Source: Bispira polyomma (Eukaryota). From it: a DNA stretch of 64,000 nt. The position numbers and the translations under genes were made by a program. The notes under the pieces are model-generated. The model was not told the origin of the DNA, ran no database searches, and saw only the letters and a list, made by a program, of their open reading frames with translations. The stretch lies in NCBI GenBank assembly GCA_965649765.1, contig OZ287753.1, positions 69,068,001 through 69,132,000 on the forward strand, given 5' to 3'. This document shows positions 36,401 through 50,269 of the stretch, in pieces. The stretch's first letter is position 1; each line of letters starts with the position of its first letter.

Positions 36401-39400
36401 TTACAGTAAAGTATATGTTTTACAATTGTATGAGAAGAGAAGTTTTTTTATTCCCAAGAGATGCAGGCTGGTACTACTATAACAAAATTCCTATCTTTCA
36501 CTACAAAGTACACATTGATTTTGATAGTAAACAAAACAATAAAAACACACTTTTACCCATTAAATAATTGGGTAACAAGTACATATAACAGGAACGTCCC
36601 CCCCAACAAAAAATAAATAAAATAATAAATTGAAAAAAAAAGATAGCAAAATAATGATACAAAATAGAGATAATAAGGTGTGTGATCCACTGAGTGGACA
36701 GATTTAATTAATATATAATTTGAAATATTTCTATTGCATGTATAAAATACTAGTTAACTTTTAATTTCGGCAATTTTCGTTGTTCAGGGAAACTACATAA
36801 CTTTGTACAAAACAAAAATGTTTACTGAACTATGCATTTTTGTTTTGGGATACTGATAAATTAAAATATTTTGCGCTATTTATGTTAAAAAAGAGAACAT
36901 CTAATGAGGGGAAGTGTTGACCCAAGTCATAACAATAAACGTTTTAAACTGGTACCCCATAGATGGTTAGACTACACAAAATTGCAGTTCTATGCCCCAA
37001 TAAAAAATTACTTTGAGGCAAAATGTATGAATTTTTATTGATAATTCAAAAATTACTGAAGGTGAAATGTCATGAAAATATGAGAAGAAGCTTATTGTAT
37101 TGCGATTATTTTTATTGGGATTGTTGCATCAAAAACCGTTGAGAAATAGCTGAGATATTTAAGTTTAAAATATCGGTAGGGCCTACCATACAAACAAGGA
37201 ACATCCACACTTTATGTACAGGTTTCATGCAGCATTTGCACACTGCGACAAAGACATGTTTATGCTGTATAGGCTACAATTTTAGAATCAACAAGAATAG
37301 CCTTGAAAAGGGCAGGTAGAAGGGGCATGAAGGCCACTTTATGCCAGTGTATTATTAGTTAAGTTTGGCTTTAACTAAAAGTACTCTATCTCCAAATGCA
37401 AGGTAATAGTATGGGAAAATTGCTAAAATAAAAGTATTTAATCACATAAGAAAGATTGTAATGTGTATTATCCGAGATATCTTTTTATTAAACCTCAAGA
37501 GGTGTTCCATCCATTGTTTTGAATTACATGAGACAGATCATAATATGATCTTTAATGGGCTTTTTATTTTGTAAAAAATTAATTCCAGTTTTCCATCCAG
37601 AAGCTATTGTCTTTAATTTCATATTTCTCACATTGACTCAAACCTCACCTTAAAACCTTTCTCAGCTACAATATAATATGTTCTTATTTTGTTAAAGTAT
37701 CGAAAAGCAATTATTTGGCTTCACGATTATATTATTTGAAAATTTGTGTCATCTATACTAAATGATATATGAATACTTAATCACCCCACTATAAGAACTG
37801 GCATTTGTAACACTTTTGGAAATAAAGTCAATACAGCAATTTTACTAAAAATTTTACTAACAATATCTTCAGTACCATTTTATTAGAATTGTAATTAGTG
37901 AAGTCGAAATTGTAGATTACGAATTCATCTAGATACAGCTATTTAATCACTTTCTTGGGGAAATACCATTAAATAAACAAATGGGCCATCTTCATTTCAG
38001 TGACGACGCGTAGCATGGTGGCCCCCAGCTAGCGATCAAGCAAGAAGGTCCCCGACCTAAAAAAATTAGTAAAAATTACATTTTATATCTGCATTTTACA
38101 GCTCAGGATCCGCTGTGCCGGCGCCAGACACAGCTGGTCTCCGATGTTTCCTGATGAAGGACACATTTTGATGTTTAATCAGGACATTCAGCGTCATGAT
38201 GGCCCGCGTATTGAACTATTACAGGTAGCTAGGTATTATAATATTAGCATTGTGTACACTGCTTATTTGGGTATGACAATGTGAAGGCTGCCACTAATGT
38301 CATAAGTACACCATCAGCCAAGTTTTTTTTTTAATCCTATTATTCTGTGGCGGTATTAGAAAAAGGTCTTAAGTCTTAACAGAGAGAAATCTAGTGCAAA
38401 AATATACTAGCTCTAAGACAAAGACTTGGCTTAGTCCTTCTGTGAACACCATCCTGTTGAGACAATTAAATTTTGTTTGCTTGGAAAATATTTCATTCTT
38501 GCCAGAATCAGAAACAAAAATAGTAATTTGTACAGTGCAATGATTAATGAACTAAATGGTTCATATGTACAAAAACTTTGTATTGCTCTACGATTGTGTG
38601 GCGTTTTTTTTTTTCGCTTTTAAAATATAATTTCAGGTTTTTAAATATGTAAATATACTTTTATTATGCCAGAACAAAGATGGTTCACACAAGGTGAATG
38701 TTATGAGTGGAGTATCTGTTGAAGAGCTAATGGACTTTGAACTGAAGAATGATGTCAGTCTTGCTTGTAATGTGATTTTGACCACACCAACCTATGGTGG
38801 CATTGTATCTTTAGGATGTCATGTAAGTTTTGCCATCTATTACCTCCGCCAAAGAGGTCAAGTTTTGTCTGTGTCTGCAAGTTTGTTTTTTTTGTCCCAA
38901 AATAAATGTAATTTGGTAAACTATGGGGCATAAGCCACGAAAGAATCCATTAAAACAAGTAATGTATCCAGGCAGAAGGGCTCTGTGGGACCTTGGCAGA
39001 GATATGTTCTCTACAGCTACTGGATCAGCTTCCAATTTAATAAATAACTAATGATCTATTTTAGCATCATTTTGCATTGATTGGCCAGATACTTCTTAAA
39101 GTATGTTGAAGCATCAAAAGTGTAATACTGAAAATATGTATTTGATAGTGGATTAATTGGGTGCTTAAAATATCAATGTGCATCTTTTTAATTACTGTTA
39201 AGGCAATTCATAGTTAAGTACGTACATCAACACTTAAATGGCTTAAACGAAGATGCATTGTTTTAAATCTTAATGCCATATTATTACCTAAGTGCTGCAC
39301 ATTATCTTATCACAGTACAGTACAAGCATAATATTAATTGACTTACAGGGTGTTGGTTGGGATTGTATGGGTGTGTCAGACTACTGTACACAGATGAGAA

Positions 39401-42400
39401 TTGTAGATTCGTCCGGTGAACTCAGAACATTCCAGAAGAAGGATGACATTGATATGATGCGGGCAGTGCAGTGCAATATGGGACTGTTTGGCATTATTTA
39501 TGACATGCACCTTGAAGTATTGGAAAAGAAGATTGCGCATGTACATGATGACTTCAATTACAATGGTGATTTGTTTTATGATGCCAAGAGGTTAAAGGAG
39601 TTGGTCACGAAAAATGATTCCGTTGAAGTTTTTCATTTTCCATTCAACAGTGTAGGCTGGATTGATGCAGCTGAACAGCTGACGAGGATCATTGGTACAA
39701 ACCAAACTCTCACGAGGGATGAATGGGATCCCAAAAAAGATCAGCTCTATATCCGCCGCATCAACTTCCATGAACCTGAGGATGTTGCAGATAAAGAATT
39801 ATCGTCAGATTCCTATTACAATGCCATGGATGTTCGTACCTGGCTAGAAGCACATAGCCTAAATGTCATTGATAATTTATTGATAAGTTTTCCTCAGGAG
39901 ATAACACCCCTTGTACAAAAGGCTAGTCACAGCTACCTGAGGGAATCAACGGCTGGAATACGGTGGCAACCATTGCCTAATGCAATCCATTACAGGCCTA
40001 ACATAGAACTTTATTCAGTTCATGATATGGAAGTGGCAATCAATGCAAAAGGTGACTTCAGTAATGTCACCATTGCTTGTCAGACAATCTTGGAGCTTTT
40101 GCGACAAGAGGCTGAGAATGCCAGGTTTCCAATAAATATAGCCATGGAGATGAGGTGGATGAAGTATAGCGAGGCATACCTGTGTCCAGCTATAGTTGGA
40201 AATCCGAAAGAAGGGGGATCAGGTCACACATTCTATATTGAAGTACTCAGTTATGCCCACACACCACATTGGAAAGAATTTTCCAGCAAGGTGGCCAAAG
40301 AATTGCTCAAAAAAGTGTCAGGAATACAGTTCCACTGGGCAAAAGAATGGGATTATATAGACGGTGTAGACCAGCATATTAAAAAGGTATGTTTTAATAC
40401 ATAGTCAATTTACCTAAAACTGGTTCATTCCACTTTTCAACGTTATGTTGTATTTAAGACGCTTTGAACATAAAAATGCTTAGAAAAACTTTATATTCTT
40501 GAAATAGAAATATGTATATTGTTTATGATAACACAAATACTCTCAAATGTTTTGAACAGATGTTACATGAAAAACTTAAAACATGAAATCTATTTAATAG
40601 ACTTTAAAGTGGTATTAACCATTGCGTATCTTCTTTTTAGCTATTTTGTCCCATGTCTCTCGTTTTGTAAAAATAATACATAATTCAGTTGGGATGACAC
40701 AGTTATTGTTTATAGTTTGTAATTTAAGGAGGTATGTTTTTCTTCTCTTTTATATTTTATTTATTTTTGCACATTCAGTATATTAATACAAACTTTTTTA
40801 ATTTTTACATTAGCATAAGTAACTCTCGAAACTTTTCTTCAAAATATTAATTTGACTCTTTTTCATTGCTATTTTCTTGTCAATGTGTGAACTATCTCTT
40901 AGAATAAACATAATATCTAGCAGACCCGGCTGTCTGTTTTCCTGTCTACATTTATAAACATAATATGTACCTATTAACATTACATAATTGAGAACACAAT
41001 ACTGCCTTTGGTCCACATTTTATCACTCTTGGAAGTGCATTAACATAAAGGCAAACATGACAAATTAAAATTAATAGATGATTCCAGCTGTTTTACTGCA
41101 AAATTATGTTATCAAAGGAACTACACCCATTAGGCATCAAGTACACTGCAGACAAAGAACTCTACTTATGTCTTTTTATGCGGTTAGTTTTGAGCATTGA
41201 GCCAATCAGAAATGCGGACACAGCTGTGTCAAGTTAGAATAATATAACTAACTTTATAATATAAATAGTTAGAATAACATCAAGCATAAAAAAATCGATT
41301 GTTACAGCCAATATTGTAGAGCCATCTTTTAACTTGGAACCAAATATTTTTAATTATTCTGCAATAGAAAAAACAATGTTCCAAATTATAAACCTGCTTA
41401 CAAAGAAGATTCCTTTTTTTACCATATAAAAAGTTTAAAATTGCAAGCATTCTATTCCATGCAATATTTTGAACTGTAATATGATGACATAAGTATCTTT
41501 CAATACTTTACAGGTTAGTAAGTACACATTGTGTCACTCTAGGGAGTCAAGAAAAAGATAATATTCTACCCATTGATTTTGGCTAGTAGAGATAATATTG
41601 GACCAATCAACCAGTTCATAATAGACTTTAGAATTTTGGACTTTGTTGATATTGTTTAAAATATTACTACATTGTCAGATACTGCTAGTGGGCCTGGTTT
41701 GTGTAGTTTCCTAAACATTGTTGATAAGACACTGATAAGTTTATTCTATTTAATTGCAGGTACATTCATTTCATATTCAATTTGTTTTTGTTTGCTAACC
41801 AAAGTGCCATCAGCTCTAGCAATATAGTTGACATTGGCTAGGCCCTTGGTTTCCTAGTCTAAGTACTCTTTTGAAATAGCTGTTTTGTCTATTTAAATCA
41901 AAAATGTTTTTAACAATCTTTCTTTAAAAAGTTCCTTTATGCTTAGCGGTTTCATTGCAATGAAATCAACCTCACAGCTAACACATCGGCATAAAATTTG
42001 GTCTGAGGTTTTAGCCTTTTTTCTCATTAATATTATGAAGTTAATGCATTCAAATTTTGGACGACTGTGTAAAGTTAAGCCTAACAAGATTTCACATACC
42101 GTGAAATGTATACTTAAACTAAAAATGTTGTTAACCTTTTCCAGAAATCATTGCTAACTTGACAATATTAAAAGTGATGTTCTATTGTAACGACTAGTAA
42201 GCAATAACGACAATTCTGACTATCTGTTATTTTTCCGTTTGAGAAGATTATGTCTGCAGTTGATTATTCTGTATATAACCTAATACTTTACAAGTACGGT
42301 TCCGATATAGTTTTAAATGGTAATGTGAAAGATACAGACGACAAATGATGAGAATAGATACCGGTTTATCTCTATATACAATGATGATGATGAAGATGAC

Positions 42401-45400
42401 CTGCAGACCAGTTCTTGGTATATTTACTTTGGCTTTACTTTAGTTATTAACGGATGTTTGTTATGTCTTTTTACATACTTTAAATCTAGTAAGCGTTTAT
42501 TATTGCCTATCATTAAAGGTCATATTTGCTTTATCCTTTGTTTTATTCTGCTGTTATGCTTTAGAAGATGCCTGGCATCAACAAGGCGCGTTAAAAATTA
42601 ATAATAATAATAATAAAAACATACATTCATACTTTGAGTAGGGATTGGCATTATTAAGAAATATCAAACTTTCTAATAAATGCTTGTAAAAATCAGTTTT
42701 GCATTTATTGACCTAACTGTCAGGTATTTTATGTGAGAAATCATTTAGGTTCAAATTAAGTATGTTTAGTAGCAATACATTCCATTTATTTTCTCTGTTA
42801 CCTCTGTTAACTCTGTTAGTCTTTTTATTCATGAAATTTTATTTGTTTTATTTATTAGATATACATCAGGCATCTTTAAACCACCATCATCAATATTACT
42901 TATAATTGTGTCTCTTTTCAGTTTTGGAGTCTTGTTACAATTGAACAATTGAACTCAATTTTTTCAGAATTAAATTGTACTACTGTATATTTTGTTGTAC
43001 CATGAGAAAAGTACATTTTACCAACCCATTTCTTTTGCTATTTTATTTCATCTTCTAAACAATAGTGTGTCTCTTGCCTAATGTCCGTCCAATAATGATT
43101 TTCTTAAACCAGTAAAAATATTTAATCATTTCTGAGACCAGTTAACACAGTTGAATCAAGTACTTTCTAGTGCTATTTTGACTAATATAAAAACATTTTT
43201 GCATTATTAAATGTCTTGCACATATGCACACAATATAACATTGAAATGATGAAACTTTGTTGAATAATGTGAAGTTTGTATCAAATAACATTAATTTACA
43301 TCACAAGGTCTACAAAAATACAATAAAAACACATGGATATTCTTAAAGTAAGCAAAACAAGCTTTACACTAAATAAACTTAATCAAAGATAAAAAAGGTT
43401 GAAATATATTTTTCAGGTGTAGCTTGATATAAATTTTCTTCTAAATTACATGTATGAAGCTTTTCGTGTTATTCTAACATTAACTGACAGCAACTGTATT
43501 TGTAAAAACTGTTAACATGATTATAGTAACTCTATTTGTAATTACTGTTTTAAACACTAGAAGCAACTCTGTTTGTAATTACTGTTTACACACTGTAATC
43601 CAAGGCAAAGGAGGGACGACCAAAAAGGAACAATTTTTTTATTAAAACATATTTGGAGTTTCATACCCTTTCAACAATAATACAATAATATTTTTTCAGT
43701 TATCTACACATCAATAGTTAAGTTTTGTTGTAGCTAAACATCTGTTAATCCATTTACATGTACTACATTACTAATTTGTAGACACCAATTTACATCACTT
43801 AATTTACAGTAATTAATTTACATCACCGTTATGCAAGTTAGTGGTGTTTCACAGTTACAATGATACACTTATTCATTGCAAAAAAAGTTTACATTACATA
43901 CTCATGATTTTTATTACATAGCGTCACTTATGGTGTTGAATGTAACCAAAATGTAAGCAATGATTATTAGATACTATTATTGAAGTATTAGTTTAAATGT
44001 ATAGTTAGTTAAAGACAAGAAGGGCGACTCCAAAATTAAAATGCAATAGAGGGGGTTTGGAGAGTGGGAAAAACTTCTGACATCCTGTAGCATAAAAGCT
44101 TTGCAACTGATTTTAATCTATCAAGTTTACCATTATATAGACACAGGACTCCTTTCAGCTCAGGAACACGTGATGTACATGTGTTCAGCTTTCAGCCTAT
44201 TAGCTGGTTACAACCCAGGAGGATCTTTCTAAATCACTTTAATACACCATAAGGTGATTCTCTATTCTGGGAAATCTTTTCAATACTGTCTGGTTGTTTT
44301 TGACAAACTGTTTTTCAGGCCAAGTCTAGTAATTTTTAGTTTTACAAACTTCCCTCCTAAGATTAACATGGTGTGCTACTTTTTAATTACCGCACCACCT
44401 ATTATAGTAGAAAATATATTCGTAATTGCTGTTCACACACTAGTCGCAACTATAGTAGTAACTATGGTCTGCGGTCATTCATGTATGCTATGAAACTTAT
44501 ATTTTTTAAAGAGCTCATTTTTTCCATTTCTAATATTTTTTCAGCAATAGTTTTCCAAGGCATCAATGTTATTTGCAAACCTTTTTAACCACATTACTTT
44601 TGTGTTAGTTATGACATGCTTGACTAAAACCATCTTTAAACCACCTTCATGCAAAGGCTGTATCAAAGGATATTTTGCAATTACCTGTTTTGTTGTCATT
44701 CCAGTTAAAATTGTAAAACAGATGATCCAAGTCTTTCATTAAACTATTTGCAGAGGCAAACAAAAGCTAATTGCAGAATGTGTGGGTGTTACTGAGGATT
44801 TTAGTACAGTGATTTTTCCTTTTGATCGTCAGACATCTGGTCTTCTTGATATTTAAATTTTTTAAAATTTTGTATACTTTATCATAAATATTTAATATTT
44901 TCATCTAATGTTCTTCCAAAAAAAACCATGTACATAAAGTTTTGAAGCTGGGCTTAATACATATAATTCTTATAGTATGATCTTCCCTTAAGGTTCCATT
45001 GTTCTGTATAATTATCGCCTCGGTTTTGCCTTTATTCAGCTGCAGCATAGTTTCTAAAAGAATCTATGTACATTAAAAAGAGTCATATCATCAGCTAGCT
45101 GACATAATTTAATGGAAACACTATCTATAACTAAACCATTTACGACTTTTGATTTACGTAGAATAATAGCTATAACTTCCTCGATAAGAAGAAACAAAAG
45201 GGCACTTATGGGACATCCTTGCGTAATATCTTTTGAAAGATTAAATCACTTACAAAAATTCTCATCGAACCCATAGTGAAGCATTTGTGAAGAAATCCTA
45301 ATTGACACTGTCAGAAGCCTTTTCGAAATTAACCAACAGGTCAATACAGGGATATTAGAATCACATCAGCTATTAATCTCGTATTTGTTGCACGCCATAT

Positions 45401-45747
45401 ACGCAATCTGATCAGGAGTTATAACGTTTATGTTTTTCTTATCACTTTGCTTCTGCATGACATGTGAATGTAGATGGTTGTTCTTATATTTGGTACTTTT
45501 GTGTAATCCACAGACAATGGCAAAGCAGATAAAAAAATTCCGATCTGCCCTGGATCGATCTGGCTGTGATCCCAATGGTGTGTTTCTTAACGACAAGCTG
45601 CAGCAACTGCTTTTCCCCGATCGACAGAGCTATGATGAAAATGCCAATGACCAAACAAAAACCAGTGAAGATAACTACGGAGTAAAACAAAATGCTGTGA
45701 AATGTGAACAACCTCCCAAAAAGTCTTCCACTTGTAATGTACTTTGA
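33240..45747 (+). CDS. FAD-linked aldonolactone oxidase-like protein, copy 2 (574 aa); join(33240..33419,38102..38224,38673..38822,39349..40386,45514..45747)
   Basis: Exons 2-5 have the same lengths as in copy 1 (123/150/1038/234); exon 1 is 180 nt. GT..AG junctions, no stops, about 95% amino-acid identity to copy 1 by manual count. Confidence 0.92.
33925..34365 (-). mobile_element. L2 LINE 3' fragment in copy 2 intron 1
   Basis: Minus strand IEFKIHLLTFKAL..LAPQYI, FGSLAFSVAAPT, FKSKLKTYLL; (AAT)n tail at ~33920. Confidence 0.75.
34720..36290 (-). mobile_element. L1/Tx1-like LINE ORF2 remnant in copy 2 intron 1
   Basis: Minus strand KGIWNFN, KTLGIDGFT, IDFEKAFDSLSW, RQGDPISPYLF, QFADDTTL. 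Confidence 0.85.
38102..38224 (+). CDS. Copy 2 exon 2
   Basis: ttttacag|LRIRCAGARHSWSP...IELLQ|gtagct. Confidence 0.9.
38673..38822 (+). CDS. Copy 2 exon 3
   Basis: tgccag|NKDGSHK...TTPTYGGIVSLGCH|gtaagt. Confidence 0.9.
39349..40386 (+). CDS. Copy 2 exon 4
   Basis: ttacag|GVGWDC...DQHIKK|gtatgt. Confidence 0.92.
40745..45428 (-). mobile_element. 4.7-kb composite L1/Tx1-like insertion in copy 2 intron 4 with 12-bp TSD
   Basis: TSD tatgtttttctt at 40733-40744 and 45429-45440, single copy in copy 1 intron 4. Minus-strand FEKASDSV, QGCPISALLF, CQLADDMTL; GGLKM twice (~44640, ~42880); LNYVMLIGTYYVYKCR near the A-rich tail. Confidence 0.85.
45514..45747 (+). CDS. Copy 2 exon 5 with CaaX tail
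   Basis: ccacag|TMAKQIKK...DPNGVFLN...KCEQPPKKSSTCNVL*. Confidence 0.9.
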   Translation, partial: TMAKQIKKFRSALDRSGCDPNGVFLNDKLQQLLFPDRQSYDENANDQTKTSEDNYGVKQNAVKCEQPPKKSSTCNVL

Positions 45748-46547
45748 CAGCTTACCATGAACAAATTTATACTTTACAAATTATTTTGTGAAATACTGAC
45801 TTGCGACTGAAGGACTCCATTCCTCACTGTTCTAGGTAAATAATATAATTAACAAACTTCAGTTTCCTGTTAAAATATTTTTTAAATTATCACCGCATAA
45901 ATAATTCATGAGGTAAACTTCCGTTTTACCAGAATATAAATGACGAGACCAAGAATGTAAACCTTCCAGTAAAACTACATTGGTTAGAATTGTCTTTCTG
46001 TGTGATTATATGTTGTAAATCAATATCAAGTGTACTGTGATAGTTTGTAGAATGCTGATAATAAAATGAGTATGTCTTATGGGTATTTACAGTCAATACC
46101 ATCTGCTTTTATATACTTGGTATTTGTTCCAGTCCATGTCCAGAACTCAAAGGTAAAATTTAAAGGCGAAATGGGACAGAGATACCAAGTCGTAAAACAG
46201 CTCATTTTGGTATTTACTCTAATCTAAGATACCAGTGTTTAAAGCAATACATGGGTACATTATGTATAGTTTCCATTTTTGTAAAGTAACTACTTATTAA
46301 ACATACAGTAAATCATTAAGGATATAATATAAGCAGTACAAATAACATTGTTTAAGGGAGGGTGAATTCAGCTGAAAAATGAAGTGAGACCAATTTTACT
46401 AATTATATCAGGTGACAATGCCTGCTTCGATAAAATATAGGTCAATGAACAAAATGGGCACCTATTGTCCATTGTGCTAGAGATAAGAATTTTATATCTA
46501 AAACCTATTATATAAAAGGATATTCTTCATGACTGTTTGAACATCTG

Positions 46548-46789
46548 GGCCCGTATTCTCGAACGTATACTCAGCTTAAACTCATACTCAACTCAATTAT
46601 AGCCTATGTGGAAATTATTGTACATGGAAATAACCTATACTTGTGACCATTCATTTTAATAGAGCTTTCAACCCTGAATTCAAATATCAAGTCAGATTTT
46701 AGATATATTTACCGTATCCAGAGTTATAGAGAATCCAGATTTGAGTTGAGTATGAGTTTAAGCTGAGTATACGTTCGAGAATACGGGCC
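46548..46789. mobile_element. Harbinger-type MITE, 49-bp perfect TIRs, CTG TSD
   Basis: GGCCCGTATTCTCGAACGTATACTCAGCTTAAACTCATACTCAACTCAA at 46548-46596 and its exact reverse complement at 46741-46789; CTG on both sides. Confidence 0.9.
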
Positions 46790-48589
46790 CTGAAACTGGT
46801 TCAGAGAACAAACATCAATATCTGTGTATTCACCCAGACTAATCACATGACTACCCAGTGCCCCAATTAAGCGGTGTATGTATGCGAGTCTATTCTGACA
46901 CTAGTTGCAATAGGTCCCTACAATAAAATAATGTAAAGTAAACATACTCATATAGTTGTCTTCCATAATGCAAGAAAATCTCTTTAAATATTTGTATATG
47001 TCCGCCATTTTACTTTCATCTTCAACACCAAAGCTTCATTTTGTTTTTAAAGCTATTTTGCGCTAATTGCATTGACAAACAACAGGTGTGCCAGGTCTAG
47101 ACATATCAAAATGATCTTTCATTATTTTCATACATCGTTTGTTATTGGCTAATGAAGTGATGTGTAATCAAATTTCCGACGATTTGTTGTCACACGTATA
47201 CATGTATAATTATTAAAACACTAACCATACAAGGTTATCAAAGAAAGTTAAACAGCTGAACAAATAATCACTGCTACACTTTACTGCTCAGTTAAAGTAA
47301 TTCTCAACTCTGGCCTTTTCCAGGGCTATATAACCTTTTCATCAGCTAATAAATATATATACAACAACGTGTATCTTTCTGTGGTAATCACTGTTGTGAA
47401 ATTTATGTTACATGAAAAACCAAAAGGTTAAATTGATAATAGTAACAAAACTTTCTAATCTCTGCTAGTAAGCATTAGGTCCAGGCTAACAAAAGAACAT
47501 TTTACTAGTTCTACTTGACAAGTTGATAAATAATGTAGAGCCCTGGCTTGCAAATACATTTTCTTGTGTGGAAACCGCAAATATAGTGAAACTGAAACAC
47601 CATGACAAAAATTGTAATATTCTATTTACTCCTCGGTCATATTGTTGTTAAATGTAGTTCTTTTCAGAAAAAAATAATCAACCAGTAGTTACTCATACAT
47701 GAAGAAATGTTATCTAGAGCTCTACTACCGAATCCAACAAAAATTGATACAAAACCAATTTCACAATTATAAGTAGAGTTCAGGGTGCTTTTGCATCCTG
47801 GTCCCTGTTTGCTTTAATTTGATAAATAATTGTGCTCGGATTTAGAATGATATTCACCATCACTTGGTCGAATTTAAGTTTTAGCACCCTTTCTTTGGCA
47901 GTCTAATTTACACTCTCTGTGTGTGACTTTTATTGTGTAAGAATTTTACTATTTTTTTTGTTTGTGATTCAACATCACCAAATGTATTGCTCACCGTGCA
48001 TTCCATAAGGTCATCCAGTCGTTGTAACTTTATCACTTGGGTGCATTACACACTATATTTCAAAGTCAGCTCGTCATAATGTACCTATCTATATAGCTTT
48101 CATTTATGTGGTTCATAATTATGTCAATAAGAGATATGTGAAACTGTAGGGCCCATATAAACTCGCACTTAAGATAAGGTTATGCAATTTGTGTATGAAA
48201 CTTGGATACAGATGTTTCTATTCAGTTTTACATGGCTTCCGACACTAATTTGAAATATTTAGTCAGAATTTAGTCCCCAAAACACATATCCAAGGTCAAC
48301 TCGATCTCAAGGTTATATCTAAAGGCCCTCATATCTCTGGCTAGATTGGTAAATGTGTCCAAAAGTACATGTATTGACTTTCAGTTACAAATAGGGTGGT
48401 TTGGATATATTTGACGAATATGAATTTATTGAGCAATTAATTTCAATAATATGCATAAACACCAATGGATTTATTAATTCAAAAGAAAATACCAATTTGC
48501 ATGCAAAATTCATTCAAGCATAACAAATACAGTCTTGCCCACAGCACCCGAAAATCACAGAGACATGATATATGGTAGACTTTAAAATG

Positions 48590-48770
48590 TGCCTATCTGA
48601 TGCCAAGGCATCTTCTAAAGCGCCATGGAGGAGAAAGAAGTTTATGGAGGGTAAGCGATGGTGAAGAGGTGGGTCTTAAGGTTACAGGGTTTCCTTGGAT
48701 CGTATATTGATTGGTAAATTATTCCATAGGGTAGGTGCTGCAACAGAGAGGCATAGGATCCTATCCGTTT
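48590..48770 (-). mobile_element. Short L2 3'-end fragment
   Basis: Minus strand SVAAPTLWNNLP...LKTHLF; its terminal gctttagaagatgcc-tggcatca also appears on + at ~42560, before an (AAT)n tail. Confidence 0.6.
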
Positions 48771-50269
48771 ACAAGAGACAGAAATTATGTTTGAAGTAAA
48801 CAAGGTATGTTAACTTTAACAACATAAAACATGGTACTTGTAAGTTACCTAATTCTTTAATTCCTCTTATGAAGTAAACATGTAACTGTGCATCTTCTAG
48901 CAGACAAATATAGCAACCACAAATATAAGGAAAATATAACATTAACAATGATAAAACAAGATATATATTTTCCTGAATATTGTCAATAAAACTACACCCC
49001 CTCAATGGTTCATCTTAGACCTGTCATACAACATTGCAACGCCAAGCTAACCCTCATTCTATAGGTCTTCCGACCAAAAAGAAGCAAAACTGCCGTAATT
49101 ATTTATTAGTATTTCTACATTCTGTTATAACACAGTTAGTATCCTTGCATTACTAGTTATGGACAGTGTAGGTCAATTTACCGCATCTTATGAATATTGA
49201 TCAGCTGTCAGTATGAACATAGTACCAGATTAAAGGAAATATATTTTTCTTCATTTTAAGGTAAAAACCACAAAATATTTCTTTTTATAAAAATATTTTA
49301 AACTGATTTTATTAAACACTACAACTCCTTTCAGAAAATTAAAACAGTTACCGTTATCGAAAGTGATGCTTAAATTCATCAAACCCACGTTTTTAAGACT
49401 AATTTCTAAGAAGAATGATATCCAGTTACTATTTATTTCTTTCTTTTATTATTTACATCCTTTCATTTTAATAAATGTTGCATGATTATAGGTTCTTCTG
49501 TAAATTTAATTGCGTGCGCAGATTTATTAACCCAAACCCAGCACTTGAAAACAACTTCCAAATATGGATGCATTGTTCAATAATCTCATTTCTGGTTTCA
49601 CAAAAGTAGTCACGCTTCCAAAATCAAATAAGACATAATTTATGAAAATTATTTTTATACAATCAAATTTTTTTATTACAGTTGTATTTTATAGATTTTT
49701 TAAATAAAATTTGTGCTACAAAAATTAGGTCGATAGGCAATTCATCTGTAAAAAAGTGAAATTTATACTACTATATTGCTGTTCTAAATATAATTGAAAA
49801 CCACAGTTTGTTTTTATTTTACTGGAACGTGATCTTTATACATAATATGTTACTATAACTGCACGCAAACAACAACAGATCTGAAATATATATTGATGGA
49901 AATACGTCATATTAAATAGCAGTAACGTATGTAAAATAAAATCGAGATAAGTTTGTATTAAATAAAATGTTGGTAGAGATACATGTAAAAGAAATTGAAT
50001 AGCAAACCTAACTATCACACTGAGGCTCATGTATTGAGTCATCGAGTTTTTTGTTTACAAATGAAGCAAGTTTTTTATAAAATTGAAAAGCTGTACACAC
50101 AATCACCAGCACCTGAAAAAAATGCTTCATTATTATTGGAAAATATAACAACATTGAAATTGTCAGTTTCAAAGATGAGATCTCTCTGCTAGAACATTAG
50201 CCGTTTCTTCTGTCAGCCATGATGTAATACATATAAAAAAAAGGTTAACACAAATTCATGACAGGAAAG

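Noticed and set aside
1-45747. Assigning the symbol GULO, or treating copies 1 and 2 as an assembly artefact
   Set aside because: Motifs and exon structure differ from canonical GULO, so orthology is unproven. The copies have diverged introns and independent TE insertions, which argues for real paralogues.
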